DNA from: an uncultured Elusimicrobia bacterium
Lineage (GTDB): Bacteria > Elusimicrobiota > Elusimicrobia > UBA1565 > UBA9628
Assembly: GCA_964653765.1 (NCBI GenBank)
Contig: CAZZGQ010000001.1
Location: forward strand, 5,456 to 69,455
Direction: 5' to 3'
DNA: 64,000 nucleotides
Shown: positions 18,188 to 27,923 of the stretch, in pieces
Layout: every line of letters begins with the position of its first letter
Position numbering within the stretch: the stretch's first letter is position 1
Notes under the pieces: generated by a model
What the model was told of the DNA's origin: nothing
Databases searched by the model: none
The model's input: the letters and a program-made list of their open reading frames with translations, nothing else
Translations under genes and position numbers: made by a program

Positions 18188-18688
18188 ATGTTTCGACAAT
18201 CGCCTGAGGCATTCGAGGAACTGCTGCGCGAGCATCTGGATTTCCTGTATCGCTGCGCCCTGCGGTTGACGCGCCAGCGACTGGAAGCCGAGGATCTCGT
18301 GCAGGAGACGGCTGCCCGCGCCTTGCGCCACTTCGACCGTTATCGGCCGGGGACCAATGCCCGGGCTTGGCTGCTGACGGTCATGAGAAACATCTTCATC
18401 AACGGATACCGCCGGAAAGCCAAGGAGCGCGAGCTCATGCGGTCCATCGAGGCGGACGCGCGCGTGGTGAGAAAGACGACCGAGCTGCCGGAGCGCGTCG
18501 AAAGGACGCTCGACGCCCTTCCGGAGGAGCAGCGTCTGGCCTTGAGCCTCTTTTACGCGGAGGGCTTCTCCTACGCGGAGATCGCGCGCGCCATGGAGTG
18601 CCCCATCGGCACGGTGATGTCGCGACTCCATGCCGGGAGAAAGAAGCTGCTGGAACAGTCGCGGGATCTCAAGAACGATGAACTGTAA
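18188..18688 (+). CDS. ECF-subfamily RNA polymerase sigma-70 factor
   Basis: Region 2 (DLVQETAARALRHFDRY) and region 4 (EGFSYAEIARAMECPIGTVMSRLHAGRKKL). Confidence 0.85.
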   Translation: MFRQSPEAFEELLREHLDFLYRCALRLTRQRLEAEDLVQETAARALRHFDRYRPGTNARAWLLTVMRNIFINGYRRKAKERELMRSIEADARVVRKTTELPERVERTLDALPEEQRLALSLFYAEGFSYAEIARAMECPIGTVMSRLHAGRKKLLEQSRDLKNDEL

Positions 18689-19430
18689 AGACGCCGAGGT
18701 GCTGTTGTCGGGCCTCATCGACAGCGAGCTGGCCGCCGAGGACAGGCGGGCGATCGAAGAGCACCTGTCCATTTGCGACGCCTGCCGGCAGGCCCTAAAC
18801 GATGTGCGGGCGGCCGACGCGCTGCTCAAAGAGCATTTCCCTCGCGAGCAGCCTTCGCATTACCTGAGAGAGAAGGTCCTCGAAAGGGCGCGGCTGGCCA
18901 AGCTGGAGCTGCTGCTCGAGAAACGGCCGTCGGGGTGGCGGGCGGTCGTGGCCGCGGCCCTCTTGGCCGCTGTCGTCCTCGGGGTCTGGCGCTGGCCCCG
19001 GCCGGCCGCCGACGACATGACGAGGGCCGCCATCCTCAACCACATCAACTCTTTGTCGGGAAGGCTTCCGGCAGAGATTCAAAACAGCCATCCGCGGAAA
19101 GTGGCCGCCTGGTTCTCGGGCAAGCTCCCGTTTCGTATCGACGTCCCCGACATTTCGCCTGAAGGTTATCACCTTGTCGGCGGCCGCCTCTGCCAACTGA
19201 AGGGGCGTGACGTGGCTTACATCGTCTACAAACGCGGCGACGAAGTCGTCTCCCTCTTCGTGGCCGACTTCTCGGGCATCAAGGCTCCCGCTGGCCACGA
19301 GGCCATGCTGGCCTCGCTCAAGGGTTACAACGCCGCCTGCTGCCGGAAGGGCGACATCGGCTACATCTTCGTCTCGGGCGTCGACCGGGGCAGGCTCGAA
19401 GCCATCGCCAAGAGGGTCGGCAGCGCTTGA
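18678..19430 (+). CDS. Anti-sigma factor (zf-HC2 type, single TM, periplasmic C-terminal domain)
   Basis: ATG overlaps the sigma gene stop (ATGAACTGTAA). N-terminus HLSICDACRQ is the zf-HC2 motif. TM helix RAVVAAALLAAVVLGVW. Confidence 0.7.
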   Translation: MNCKDAEVLLSGLIDSELAAEDRRAIEEHLSICDACRQALNDVRAADALLKEHFPREQPSHYLREKVLERARLAKLELLLEKRPSGWRAVVAAALLAAVVLGVWRWPRPAADDMTRAAILNHINSLSGRLPAEIQNSHPRKVAAWFSGKLPFRIDVPDISPEGYHLVGGRLCQLKGRDVAYIVYKRGDEVVSLFVADFSGIKAPAGHEAMLASLKGYNAACCRKGDIGYIFVSGVDRGRLEAIAKRVGSA

Positions 19431-19443
19431 GAAGCAACTCTTA

Positions 19444-20316
19444 ATGAGCAGGGTGCTTTCGTGGCTCATCGCGGGGCGCTCGCAGAAGGCCAGCCACGCT
19501 CTTTTGGCGCCCGCCGCGTTATGGCTGCTTCTCTTTCTGGTGCTGCCGGTGGCGTTTTTGCTCACCATGTCGGCGGCGCAGAGGGGCGCCTACGGCGCGG
19601 TAATCTGGCACTTCACGACAGCCAACTTCGCCCGCGCTCTCCAGCCCAAGTATCTGCCCATCCTGGTCCGGACGATCGGCTACGCCTCGGCGACGACAGC
19701 GCTCTGTCTTACGCTAGGCTTTCCAGTCGCCTACTACCTGAGCTTCCACGCCGGCGACAAGCGCGAGTTGCTGCTGGCGGCATTGATGATCCCGTTTTGG
19801 ACCTCGGCACTGGTCGCGTTGTATTCGTGGATGATCATCCTCGGCCGGGAGGGGCTGCTCAACTCGATGCTCATGCGCGCGGGAGTCCTTCGCTCGCCTT
19901 TGCATATCCTCAACACGCCGTTCTCCGTGCTGCTGGGCATGGTCTACTTCTATATCCCTTTCATGGTGTTGCCGCTCTTCGGCTCGCTTGAGAAAATCCC
20001 GCGCCAATATCTCGAGGCGAGCTACGATCTCGGAGCGGGTCAAACGCGCACCTTCCTGAAGGTGACGCTGCCGCTTTCGTTGCCGGGCGTGTTCGCCGGC
20101 TGCATCCTCACGTTCGTGCCCTGCATGGGAGACTTCTTGACCGCCGATTTTCTCGGCGGACCGAGGACCTACCTGCTCGGGAACCTGATACAAAACCAGT
20201 TCTTGATGGCGCAGGACTGGCCGTTCGGCGCCGCGCTGACCTCGCTGCTTCTTTTTACCCTGGTCACCGGGCTCTATCTGTACCAGCGCGTCGAGAGGCG
20301 GGAGGAGCTCCTATGA
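19444..20316 (+). CDS. ABC transporter permease (PotB/BPD_transp_1 family), orphan
   Basis: 6 TM. EAA-like loop ([20 protein letters not shown]). No ATPase or SBP gene adjacent. Confidence 0.7.
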   Translation: MSRVLSWLIAGRSQKASHALLAPAALWLLLFLVLPVAFLLTMSAAQRGAYGAVIWHFTTANFARALQPKYLPILVRTIGYASATTALCLTLGFPVAYYLSFHAGDKRELLLAALMIPFWTSALVALYSWMIILGREGLLNSMLMRAGVLRSPLHILNTPFSVLLGMVYFYIPFMVLPLFGSLEKIPRQYLEASYDLGAGQTRTFLKVTLPLSLPGVFAGCILTFVPCMGDFLTADFLGGPRTYLLGNLIQNQFLMAQDWPFGAALTSLLLFTLVTGLYLYQRVERREELL

Positions 20317-22508
20317 AAGCTGTCCTGGCGGTTTCGGTCTTCCTCGTCGCGGCTTTCGGTCAAGCCGGCGAGACGGGAAAGCCCAACCACCTCATCCACG
20401 AGAAGAGCCCCTACCTGCTGCAGCACGCCTACAACCCGGTGGACTGGTATCCCTGGGGTGACGAAGCCTTCGCGAAGGCCCGGCGCGAGAACAAGCCGAT
20501 CTTCCTGTCCATCGGCTACGCCACCTGCCATTGGTGCCACGTCATGGAGCGCGAGAGCTACTCCGACCCCAAGATCGCCGCCATCATGAACAAGTATTTC
20601 GTGTCGGTGAAGGTCGACCGCGAGGAGCGGCCGGACGTCGACAACCTTTACATGACGTTGGCCCAGGCCGCCGGATGGGGCGGCGGCTGGCCGCTCAACC
20701 TTTGGCTCACCCCCAGCCTCAAGCCCTTTTACGGCGGAACGTACTTTCCGCCCGAGAGCCGCTGGGGCCGGCCGGGTCTAGCCGAGACCGCCGAGCATAT
20801 AGGGCAGCTCTGGAAGACGCGCGGCGCCGAGATCGTGGCGTCGGGCGACGACCTCGTCGAGAAGGTCTCCGGCTACATGGCCGTCCAAGGACGCAGCGGC
20901 CCGCTCGACGCCGCCGCATTGGACAACGGCTTTAGGTCGCTCGAGAAAAACTTCGACCCGTCGCGGGGCGGCTTCGGCGGCGCGCCCAAGTTCCCGATGC
21001 CGATCCAATATAACTTCCTGCTGCGCTACTACGCCCGCACGGGCAACAAGAAGGCTCTCGACATGACCGCGCGCACGCTGCGGCAAATGGCGGCTGGCGG
21101 CCTCTACGATCAGGTCGGCGGTGGCTTTCACCGCTACTCCACCGACGACCATTGGCACATCCCGCACTTCGAGAAGATGCTCTACGACAACGCGCAGTTG
21201 GCGGTCAACTATCTGGAGGCCTATCAGCTCACCAAGGACCCGGACTTCGCGCGCGTGGCGCGCGAGACGCTCGACTACGTGCTGCGCGACATGACGCACC
21301 CGGACGGCGGCTTCTTCTCGGCGGAGGACGCCGACAGCCTCCGTCCCGGCGCCGAGGAGAAGGGCGAGGGCGCCTTCTACGTCTGGGAGAAGCCGGAGAT
21401 CCTCAAGCTCGCCGGAGCCGAGGCCGGCGAGATCTTCAGCTACCGCTACGGCGTCAAGGAGCACGGCAACGCCGAGTCCGATCCCCAAGGCGAGTTCCGC
21501 GAGAAGAACATCCTCTACGTCGCCCATTCCATCCCCGAGACGGCCAAGAGGTTCCACCGGACGCCGGCGGAGATTGAAAGTGTGTTAAGGGAGACCAAAA
21601 GCACGCTGTTCGAGGCGCGCGCCCGGCGTCCGCGCCCGCAGCGCGACGACAAGGTCCTGGCGGCCTGGAACGGCCTGATGATCTCCGCTCTGGCCAAGGG
21701 CAGCCAGGTTCTGGATGAGGCGCGGTACCGGCAGGCCGCGGAGAAGGCGGCGCGCTTTGTCCGCGAGCGGCTCTACGACGCCCAGAGCCGCCGGCTCTAC
21801 CGGCGCTGGCGCGACGGAGAGCGCAAGGTGCCGGGCAACGCTGATGACTACGCCTTCCTCGCGCAGGGGCTCATCGACCTCTACGAAGCTTCGTTCGATC
21901 CGCAATGGCTCCAATGGGCCCTCGAATTGACCGAGACGCAGGACCAGCTCTTCTACGACGCCAAGGACGGGGGCTTCTACTCCACGACTCAGGGCCAGGA
22001 CAAGAACCTGTTGGTCCGCAGCAAACAGGATTCGGACAACGTCGAGCCTTCCGCCAACTCAGTGGCCGCGCTGAACCTGCTCCGTTTGGCGCAGTTCACT
22101 GATCGCAAGGAGCTGCGCGCCATGGCCGAGAAGACGCTGACGCTCTTCGGCAAGCAGATGAAGGAGCAGCCCCAATCGCTCTTGCAGATGCTGGTCGCCT
22201 TGGATTTCGACCTCGCCAAGCCCCGGCAGATCGTGATCGCGGGCGATCCGCAGGCAGCCGACACGCGGAGGATGCTGCGGCTCGTCCAATCGCGCTTCAT
22301 CCCGGTCAAGATCTTGATGCTAGCCGACGGCGGCAAGGACCAGGCGGCGCTGACGCGGTGGCTGCCGTTCATGAATGGCGTCTCGCGCCTCAAGGGCAAG
22401 GCGACCGCCTACGTCTGCGTGGACTACGCTTGTAATCTGCCCACCAGCGATCCGGGCACGCTGGACAAGATTTTGGAGTCGAAGCCGCCTGTAACAAAAT
22501 CCCGCTAA
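20313..22508 (+). CDS. Thioredoxin-domain protein of the DUF255/YyaL (SSP411-like) family, secreted
   Basis: Signal peptide. [15 protein letters not shown] thioredoxin-like motif. Long alpha/alpha toroid C-terminal region (N-acyl-glucosamine-epimerase-like). Confidence 0.8.
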   Translation: MKAVLAVSVFLVAAFGQAGETGKPNHLIHEKSPYLLQHAYNPVDWYPWGDEAFAKARRENKPIFLSIGYATCHWCHVMERESYSDPKIAAIMNKYFVSVKVDREERPDVDNLYMTLAQAAGWGGGWPLNLWLTPSLKPFYGGTYFPPESRWGRPGLAETAEHIGQLWKTRGAEIVASGDDLVEKVSGYMAVQGRSGPLDAAALDNGFRSLEKNFDPSRGGFGGAPKFPMPIQYNFLLRYYARTGNKKALDMTARTLRQMAAGGLYDQVGGGFHRYSTDDHWHIPHFEKMLYDNAQLAVNYLEAYQLTKDPDFARVARETLDYVLRDMTHPDGGFFSAEDADSLRPGAEEKGEGAFYVWEKPEILKLAGAEAGEIFSYRYGVKEHGNAESDPQGEFREKNILYVAHSIPETAKRFHRTPAEIESVLRETKSTLFEARARRPRPQRDDKVLAAWNGLMISALAKGSQVLDEARYRQAAEKAARFVRERLYDAQSRRLYRRWRDGERKVPGNADDYAFLAQGLIDLYEASFDPQWLQWALELTETQDQLFYDAKDGGFYSTTQGQDKNLLVRSKQDSDNVEPSANSVAALNLLRLAQFTDRKELRAMAEKTLTLFGKQMKEQPQSLLQMLVALDFDLAKPRQIVIAGDPQAADTRRMLRLVQSRFIPVKILMLADGGKDQAALTRWLPFMNGVSRLKGKATAYVCVDYACNLPTSDPGTLDKILESKPPVTKSR

Positions 22509-22578
22509 GACGGACCTATTTCGCACCTGATGGGTGAGGCGGAAGAATAGCGAGACATGCAAGGGAGGACGCAAGCGA

Positions 22579-22854
22579 ATGGAAAAACGAAGCATGCTGG
22601 TCAAGGCAGCCGTCGCCGGATTGATGGGCGCGGCGGTGGCGGCCACGCCGAGCTTCGCCAAGGACGCGAAGGCGAAGAAGAAGACGAAGGACGAGAACGT
22701 GAAGTGTTACGGGGTCAATTCGTGCGCCGGCCACGGCAAGGACAAGAACTCTTGCAAGGGTCTGGGCTGGCTGCCGATGCCGAAGGACTCCTGCCTGAAC
22801 ATCGAAGGCGGCTCTCTTGAGCCGAAGGCCGCCGCTCCAATGGAGAAGAAGTAG
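22579..22854 (+). CDS. Cys-rich secreted RiPP precursor of the DUF2282/bufferin (BufA) type
   Basis: RBS GGGAGG. Sec signal peptide. Core VKCYGVNSCAGHGKDKNSCKGLGWLPMPKDSC has 5 Cys with KCYG/SCAG/SCKG spacing. Immediately upstream of the DUF692 and DUF2063 genes. Confidence 0.6.
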   Translation: MEKRSMLVKAAVAGLMGAAVAATPSFAKDAKAKKKTKDENVKCYGVNSCAGHGKDKNSCKGLGWLPMPKDSCLNIEGGSLEPKAAAPMEKK

Positions 22855-22866
22855 CCGCGCGAGCGC

Positions 22867-23724
22867 ATGGCTCGTAAGGACTCCATCATGACGGCGGCAC
22901 GGGGCGTGGGGCTTGGCCTGCGTCCGGTCCACTACGAGCACGCGCTCAAAGGCCGCCCCGCGGTCCCTTGGTTCGAGGTGATCTCCGAGAACTACATGGG
23001 GCTGCGGGGCGGCTCGGGCGGGCGTCCGCTCGAGGTCCTGCTCGAGGTTCGGCGGGACTATCCGATTTCCCTTCACGGCGTGTCGATGAATCTGGGCTCG
23101 GCCGATCCGCTGGATCGCGCCTATTTGAACGGGCTCAAGGACTTGATCGCCAAGATCGAGCCGGCGCGCGTCTCGGATCACCTGTGCTGGACGGGCGTGA
23201 GAGGCCGGAACACGCACGATCTGCTGCCCTTGCCCTACGACGAGGCGACCGCGCGTCACGTCGCCTCCCGCGTCCGGCAGGCGCAGGATGTACTCGGCCG
23301 CCGGCTCTTGGTCGAGAACGTCTCGAGCTACCTATCCTACTCCCATTCGAAGATGGAGGAGTGGGAATTCCTGGCCGAAGTCGCCGAGCGCGCCGACTGC
23401 GGCATCCTGCTCGACGTCAACAACATCCACGTCAGCGCGACCAACCACGGATTCGACGCTCAGGACTACCTGGCCGGCATCCCGGCGTCGCGGGTGAGCG
23501 AGATTCATCTCGCGGGCTATTCTTCGCACGACGGCTTTCTGATCGACACGCACGACCACCCCGTCTCCGATCCCGTCTGGTCGCTTTACGCCGAGGCTGT
23601 CCGACGTTTTGGAGCCATCCCTGCTCTCATCGAGTGGGATGAAAAGATACCGGCCTTCGCGCGCTTGGAGCGCGAGGCCGCGCGCGCCCAGGAGGTGCAG
23701 GATGCCGTCCTCGCCGTCGCCTGA
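22867..23724 (+). CDS. DUF692 / MNIO (MbnB-like multinuclear non-heme iron oxidase) RiPP-modifying enzyme (BufB-like)
   Basis: GVGLGLRPVHYE..PWFEVISENYM..VSDHLCW..LLVENVSSY..LLDVNNIHVSATNHGFD..IHLAGY..GFLIDTHDHPV..LIEWDEK, collinear with MbnB-family TIM barrels. Confidence 0.8.
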   Translation: MARKDSIMTAARGVGLGLRPVHYEHALKGRPAVPWFEVISENYMGLRGGSGGRPLEVLLEVRRDYPISLHGVSMNLGSADPLDRAYLNGLKDLIAKIEPARVSDHLCWTGVRGRNTHDLLPLPYDEATARHVASRVRQAQDVLGRRLLVENVSSYLSYSHSKMEEWEFLAEVAERADCGILLDVNNIHVSATNHGFDAQDYLAGIPASRVSEIHLAGYSSHDGFLIDTHDHPVSDPVWSLYAEAVRRFGAIPALIEWDEKIPAFARLEREAARAQEVQDAVLAVA

Positions 23725-24514
23725 GCTGAGAACGCTGCAAAGGACGCTCTACGATGTCCTCACGGACCCGCGTGGCGCGCGCGCCGGCGTCGCCGCGCGC
23801 CCTCAGGCGCTCGCCTGGATACAGGAGGCGCCGCCTCTCGATCGGCCGACGCGCCTGAGCGTTTACGGCGACGGGTATTTTCTGCGGCTGCTGGATTGCT
23901 TGTCGGCTGACTATCCGGCCCTTCGCCGAGCCCTTGGGGAGCGGGATTTCCGAGCGCTTGCCGCCGAGTACGGGACGCGGCATCCGCCGGCCTCCTCATC
24001 GCTGGCGGACTTCGGGGACAGCTTGCCGGCGTTCTTGACGGGGCACCGCTTCTCGCGCCGATGGCCCTTCCTCGCTGATCTCGCGCGGCTCGAGCGCGCC
24101 GTGCTCGTAGCGCTGCTCACGGACAGGCTCCCCCCGCTTGATCCGAGCGTGGTAGCGCGACTGCGGCCTGAGGCCTGGGGGCGGTCGCGCCTCGTTTTTG
24201 ATCCAACCGCGCGCTTGCTTCGGTCGAAGTGGCCGCTGGCGAGACTGTGGCGCTCGCGCGACAAGCCCGCAGACGCTCCTGGATGGCGCCTGCGCCGCGA
24301 ACGCGTCGGGCGCCTGCTCGTCTGGCGCGCCCCGAGCTGGGTCCGAGTGAGGGAACTGCCCTACGCGGAGGGCGTCCTTCTGGAGCGAGCCCTCGCGGGA
24401 TATTCCCTCGCCGCCATCGTGTCGGCCGAGCCATCGACGCGACCCGCCGCCGTGCGCCGCTGGTTCTCACGCTGGATGCGAGACGGCTTGATCAAGGGGA
24501 TCGCCCCGGCCTAA
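23702..24514 (+). CDS. DUF2063-family partner protein (BufC-like) of MNIO enzymes
   Basis: Start MPSSPSPELRTLQRTLYDVLTDP overlaps the DUF692 gene end by 23 nt. The DUF2063 N-terminal LQxxFxxxLxDP pattern is present. Confidence 0.65.
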   Translation: MPSSPSPELRTLQRTLYDVLTDPRGARAGVAARPQALAWIQEAPPLDRPTRLSVYGDGYFLRLLDCLSADYPALRRALGERDFRALAAEYGTRHPPASSSLADFGDSLPAFLTGHRFSRRWPFLADLARLERAVLVALLTDRLPPLDPSVVARLRPEAWGRSRLVFDPTARLLRSKWPLARLWRSRDKPADAPGWRLRRERVGRLLVWRAPSWVRVRELPYAEGVLLERALAGYSLAAIVSAEPSTRPAAVRRWFSRWMRDGLIKGIAPA

Positions 24515-24574
24515 TGCACTTGTTCCCTTGGCGATAACAGCCCTGAGGGCCGGCCGGCGGCTGCGTCGCGCGTC

Positions 24575-25465
24575 TTAAGCCACGGGCACCCGGCGTTCCT
24601 TGGGCAGGAATCGTCCTATCAGCAACCCGAGTCTCGCGGCCGCTTCGGCGCTGATCTTGTCCGGCCGCGTGAACACGGCCCCCTCCAGCGCGCGGCCGCA
24701 TCGACAGGTTCGCGGCTGCGACGCCGCGGCCGGCAAGGCGACCTCGAGCAGGCGGATCGCGTCGGCCACGTTGGCGTTGAGTGTCTCCACGACGCGCGCC
24801 GCCTCCACCTCCTCGCCCTCCTTCCAGCAGTCGTAGTCCGTCACGAGGCCGGCGAGCGTGTAGCAGAGCTCGGCCTCCCGCGCGAGCTTGGCCTCCGGCA
24901 GCGCCGTCATGCCGATGATCGAGCAGCCGATGCTCCGGTGGAGCGCCGATTCCGCCTTCGTGGAGAACTGCGGGCCCTCCATGCAGAGATAGGCGCCGCC
25001 CGAGCGCGCCGAGATGCCCAGGGTCCGAGCCTTTTCGGCGATAAGCCCTGATAAGCCGCCGCAGAAGGGCCTGTCGAAGGCGACGTGGGCCACGACGCCT
25101 CCGCCGAAGAACGTGCTCGCGCGGCCCTTCGTCCGGTCCACAAGCTGATCGGGAAAGACGAACTGCCTGGGCGGGATATCCTCGGCGAGCGAGCCGACGG
25201 CGCTGACGGCCACGACGCGCTCCACCCCCAGAGACTTCAGCGCCCAGATGTTCGCGCGCGAGTTGATCTCCGAGGGCAGCAGCACGTGGCCCTGGCCATG
25301 GCGCGGCAAGAACGCGCAGCCGACGCCACCGAGGAGCCCGAGGGTTACCGGGCCCGACAGAGGGCCGAACGGCGTGTCGACCGTGATCCGGCGGACCTCG
25401 CTCAAGCCCCTGATCTCATAGAGCCCGCTTCCGCCGATGACGCCGATCTTCGCTTCCTGCATCAT
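24575..25465 (-). CDS. mtnP: S-methyl-5'-thioadenosine phosphorylase (PNP/MTAP family)
   Basis: IGVIGGSGLY...GVGCAFLPRHG...SIIGMTALPEAKLAREAELCY match MTAP signatures. Confidence 0.8.
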   Translation of the reverse strand: MMQEAKIGVIGGSGLYEIRGLSEVRRITVDTPFGPLSGPVTLGLLGGVGCAFLPRHGQGHVLLPSEINSRANIWALKSLGVERVVAVSAVGSLAEDIPPRQFVFPDQLVDRTKGRASTFFGGGVVAHVAFDRPFCGGLSGLIAEKARTLGISARSGGAYLCMEGPQFSTKAESALHRSIGCSIIGMTALPEAKLAREAELCYTLAGLVTDYDCWKEGEEVEAARVVETLNANVADAIRLLEVALPAAASQPRTCRCGRALEGAVFTRPDKISAEAAARLGLLIGRFLPKERRVPVA

Positions 25466-25473
25466 GGCTTGTC

Positions 25474-25926
25474 TCAGCTCCTGCCGCCGGATTGGAACGC
25501 GTACTTCGTCGTCTTGCCGCGCTTGTCCGTGTAGAGGGCCGTGGCCGTCATCTGATCGCCGTCGACCGCGCCCGTCCAGTCCATCGTCTCGCCGCGGACG
25601 TTCTTGGCGACGGAATGAAACGTCCTCTTGCCGCCGGCCGCTTCGGCCGTGTAGGGCGAGGGCTTGAAGCCGTAGTGTCGGCAGGCGACCGAGTCGAACG
25701 TGCCGTCCTTGAAGATGAGCGTGTCCTTGTCGCCCTTCTTCTTGCCCTCGGCCGTGAGCCTACCGACGAACCTCGTGCCGTCGAGCGGCCCGCGGCTCGG
25801 CGCCTGACCCATCGTCCCGCCCTGCATCGGCGGCGTCGTCTCCGTATCCGAGCCCTGAGCCGCGCAAATTCCCGCGGCGGCGAACGTCGCTGCGAACAGC
25901 GCCAGCGTCACCCAACCTTTCTTCAT
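25474..25926 (-). CDS. Secreted hypothetical protein
   Basis: Strong signal peptide MKKGWVTLALFAATFAAAGICAAQG. Confidence 0.4.
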   Translation of the reverse strand: MKKGWVTLALFAATFAAAGICAAQGSDTETTPPMQGGTMGQAPSRGPLDGTRFVGRLTAEGKKKGDKDTLIFKDGTFDSVACRHYGFKPSPYTAEAAGGKRTFHSVAKNVRGETMDWTGAVDGDQMTATALYTDKRGKTTKYAFQSGGRS

Positions 25927-26671
25927 TGTTCTCTCCTTTTGCGAATAGTGATCCCGTCAGATAGATGCGGCGAAGCGTCGCGGCGTCCGCCAGACCGGCG
26001 CGGTAAGCAGCCAAGATGAGCCCGTTGACGACGATACGGCGCAGCGGCCGCGGCTCGTAGCGTCGGGCCGAGACGCCGATCGGCCCGACCAACGCCTTCC
26101 AGCCTTCCTGCCGGGCCAGGAAATCCGAGAAGACGACGTCGTCCAGAAACCCGAGGTCTCCGAGCTCGGCGGCGAGCTCCTGGCGGAAGAACATTCCATT
26201 GGTCCAGACGAGCTGCCGGCCCCGGCGCAGCAGGACCGCGTTCTGGAGGAAGGCATAAAAGCGCATGAGCCAAGAGGGCGAGAGGTAGCGCTTGTCGAAG
26301 CCGCCACAGGCGGCGCCGTGGGCAGCCGCCTCCCGCCATTGCGCGAGCGCCGCCGCGTCCAGGGCGCAGTCGCACGGCAGGATCAACACCTGCTCGCCGG
26401 AGCGGCCCGCAAGTCCGGCCCGAATGGTCCGGGCGATCGACGGCTGTCGTAGATTTGCCTCCACGAGGGTCCACCCATGGCGGCGACAGAGACGGCGAGC
26501 GAGCTCGACGGTGCCGTCGCGGCTGCCGGCGTCGCAGACGGCGACGTCCCAAGCCGCCTCTGGGCCGGCGTCGCGGCAAACGCGCGCGAGCCGCTCCAGA
26601 GAGGCCTCGATGATTCGCGCTTCGTTGAGGACGGGGACGACGATCGAGAGCCGGGTCATGCGGCCACCCAT
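25760..26671 (-). CDS. Family-2 glycosyltransferase (the last ~55 codons overlap the next gene and may be untranslated or frameshifted)
   Basis: LSIVVPVLNEARIIE...VCDAGSRDGT is a GT2 N-terminus. The ORF tail after ~25930 is low-complexity. Confidence 0.65.
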   Translation of the reverse strand: MGGRMTRLSIVVPVLNEARIIEASLERLARVCRDAGPEAAWDVAVCDAGSRDGTVELARRLCRRHGWTLVEANLRQPSIARTIRAGLAGRSGEQVLILPCDCALDAAALAQWREAAAHGAACGGFDKRYLSPSWLMRFYAFLQNAVLLRRGRQLVWTNGMFFRQELAAELGDLGFLDDVVFSDFLARQEGWKALVGPIGVSARRYEPRPLRRIVVNGLILAAYRAGLADAATLRRIYLTGSLFAKGENNEERLGDAGAVRSDVRRRGNLRGSGLGYGDDAADAGRDDGSGAEPRAARRHEVRR

Positions 26672-27870
26672 CGCAATTCCGAGGCGGCGGACGCTTTCCG
26701 CCTCTTATCGAGCGCCAAGAGCGCGAAGAGCGCGCCGTACTCGATCACGCGCGCCGTCACGGCGAGCTGCTTGTCGAAGAACCATAGGTAGGCGAGCCCC
26801 ACGAGAGCCGAGAAGGCGAGCCAAGCCCGGCTTCGTTCCAGGCAGGCAAAGGGCAGCAGCCAAAGCGCGTACCAAGCATCGACGACCGGTGACAGCAGCA
26901 GCAGGGCCCCGAGCGAGGAGAGAGCCGCCGCCGGCAGTCGGTCGCGGCTCGTCAATGCCCTGCACTGCATTCCGATCCAGCCCGTCAGGACGACGGCCGC
27001 GCAGGCCTTGGCCCAGGGCGTGCCGAGCGCGCCGGCCATGACGGCGAACGCGCTCGGATTGAAGCGCCAGTAGAGCGCATAAGCGCCGAGCCCTCCCAAC
27101 AACGGCTTGCCGATCATTGCGAAAGGAGCGAAAAAGAGGAAGAGGACGGCGCCTAGAACGCCCAGGCCCCGCCAGCGCCGGTCGTCGATCTTGAAGAACA
27201 GCGGCACGAGCAAGACCGGGTAAAGCTTCGCCGCGACCGCCGCGCCAAGTAGAGCCCAGGCCCCCAGGCGGGCTCGCGAGCTTACGCTCTCCGACATGGC
27301 GAGAACCGCGGCCGCGCAGAAGAACACGGCGATCGAATCGAGATGAGCCGAGTTCGCGATCTCCTTGAGGACGAGCGGATTGAGCAGATACCATGCGGCT
27401 GCGGTTGCCGGCAGGCTGCGACGCCTCAAGGCGCTCGCGATCAGTACCCCAGTTGCGAGGTCGAAGGCCGTGAAGACCAGCTTGAGCGCGAGCAGCGAGT
27501 CCCTCCACGCCAAGTGCAGGCCTGCGAACACAACCTGGGCAAGCGGCGGATAGATCGTCGGGATGGCGCTCCAGCCGATGCTCGCGCGGTATGATGTCGC
27601 CACCGCGTCGAGCTCGGGCGCGTTCGGAGCGTAGCGATAGGGGTTGACGCCGTGCGCGAGAACCCGTCCGTCCCACAAATAGCGCAGATAATCGTTCTCG
27701 AGGACGGGCGTCGAGGGGAGGACGAGCAGCCGGGCGAGGACGGCCACGGCGAAAAGGCGCGCGAAGGAGGCCTTCGATAGCCGCGGCGCCAAGGCGGCGA
27801 GAAGGCACCACTGAGTCGCGAACACCGACAGCCAGGCCAGCGGCAGCGGAAGCCCCGCGTGCCCAAGCAT
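26656..27870 (-). CDS. Polytopic membrane protein, DUF2029/GT87-like putative glycosyl (mannosyl) transferase
   Basis: Multi-TM with a DYLRYLWDGRVLAHGVNPY loop. Start set at the first ATG after the PiT gene stop, because the upstream part of the track ORF is antisense of the PiT gene. Confidence 0.45.
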   Translation of the reverse strand: MLGHAGLPLPLAWLSVFATQWCLLAALAPRLSKASFARLFAVAVLARLLVLPSTPVLENDYLRYLWDGRVLAHGVNPYRYAPNAPELDAVATSYRASIGWSAIPTIYPPLAQVVFAGLHLAWRDSLLALKLVFTAFDLATGVLIASALRRRSLPATAAAWYLLNPLVLKEIANSAHLDSIAVFFCAAAVLAMSESVSSRARLGAWALLGAAVAAKLYPVLLVPLFFKIDDRRWRGLGVLGAVLFLFFAPFAMIGKPLLGGLGAYALYWRFNPSAFAVMAGALGTPWAKACAAVVLTGWIGMQCRALTSRDRLPAAALSSLGALLLLSPVVDAWYALWLLPFACLERSRAWLAFSALVGLAYLWFFDKQLAVTARVIEYGALFALLALDKRRKASAASELRWVAA

Positions 27871-27923
27871 GTTGTAGGCGGCGCAACTGGCGAGAAACGA
27901 CAGCTCGAGGGCGAGCGTGATCG

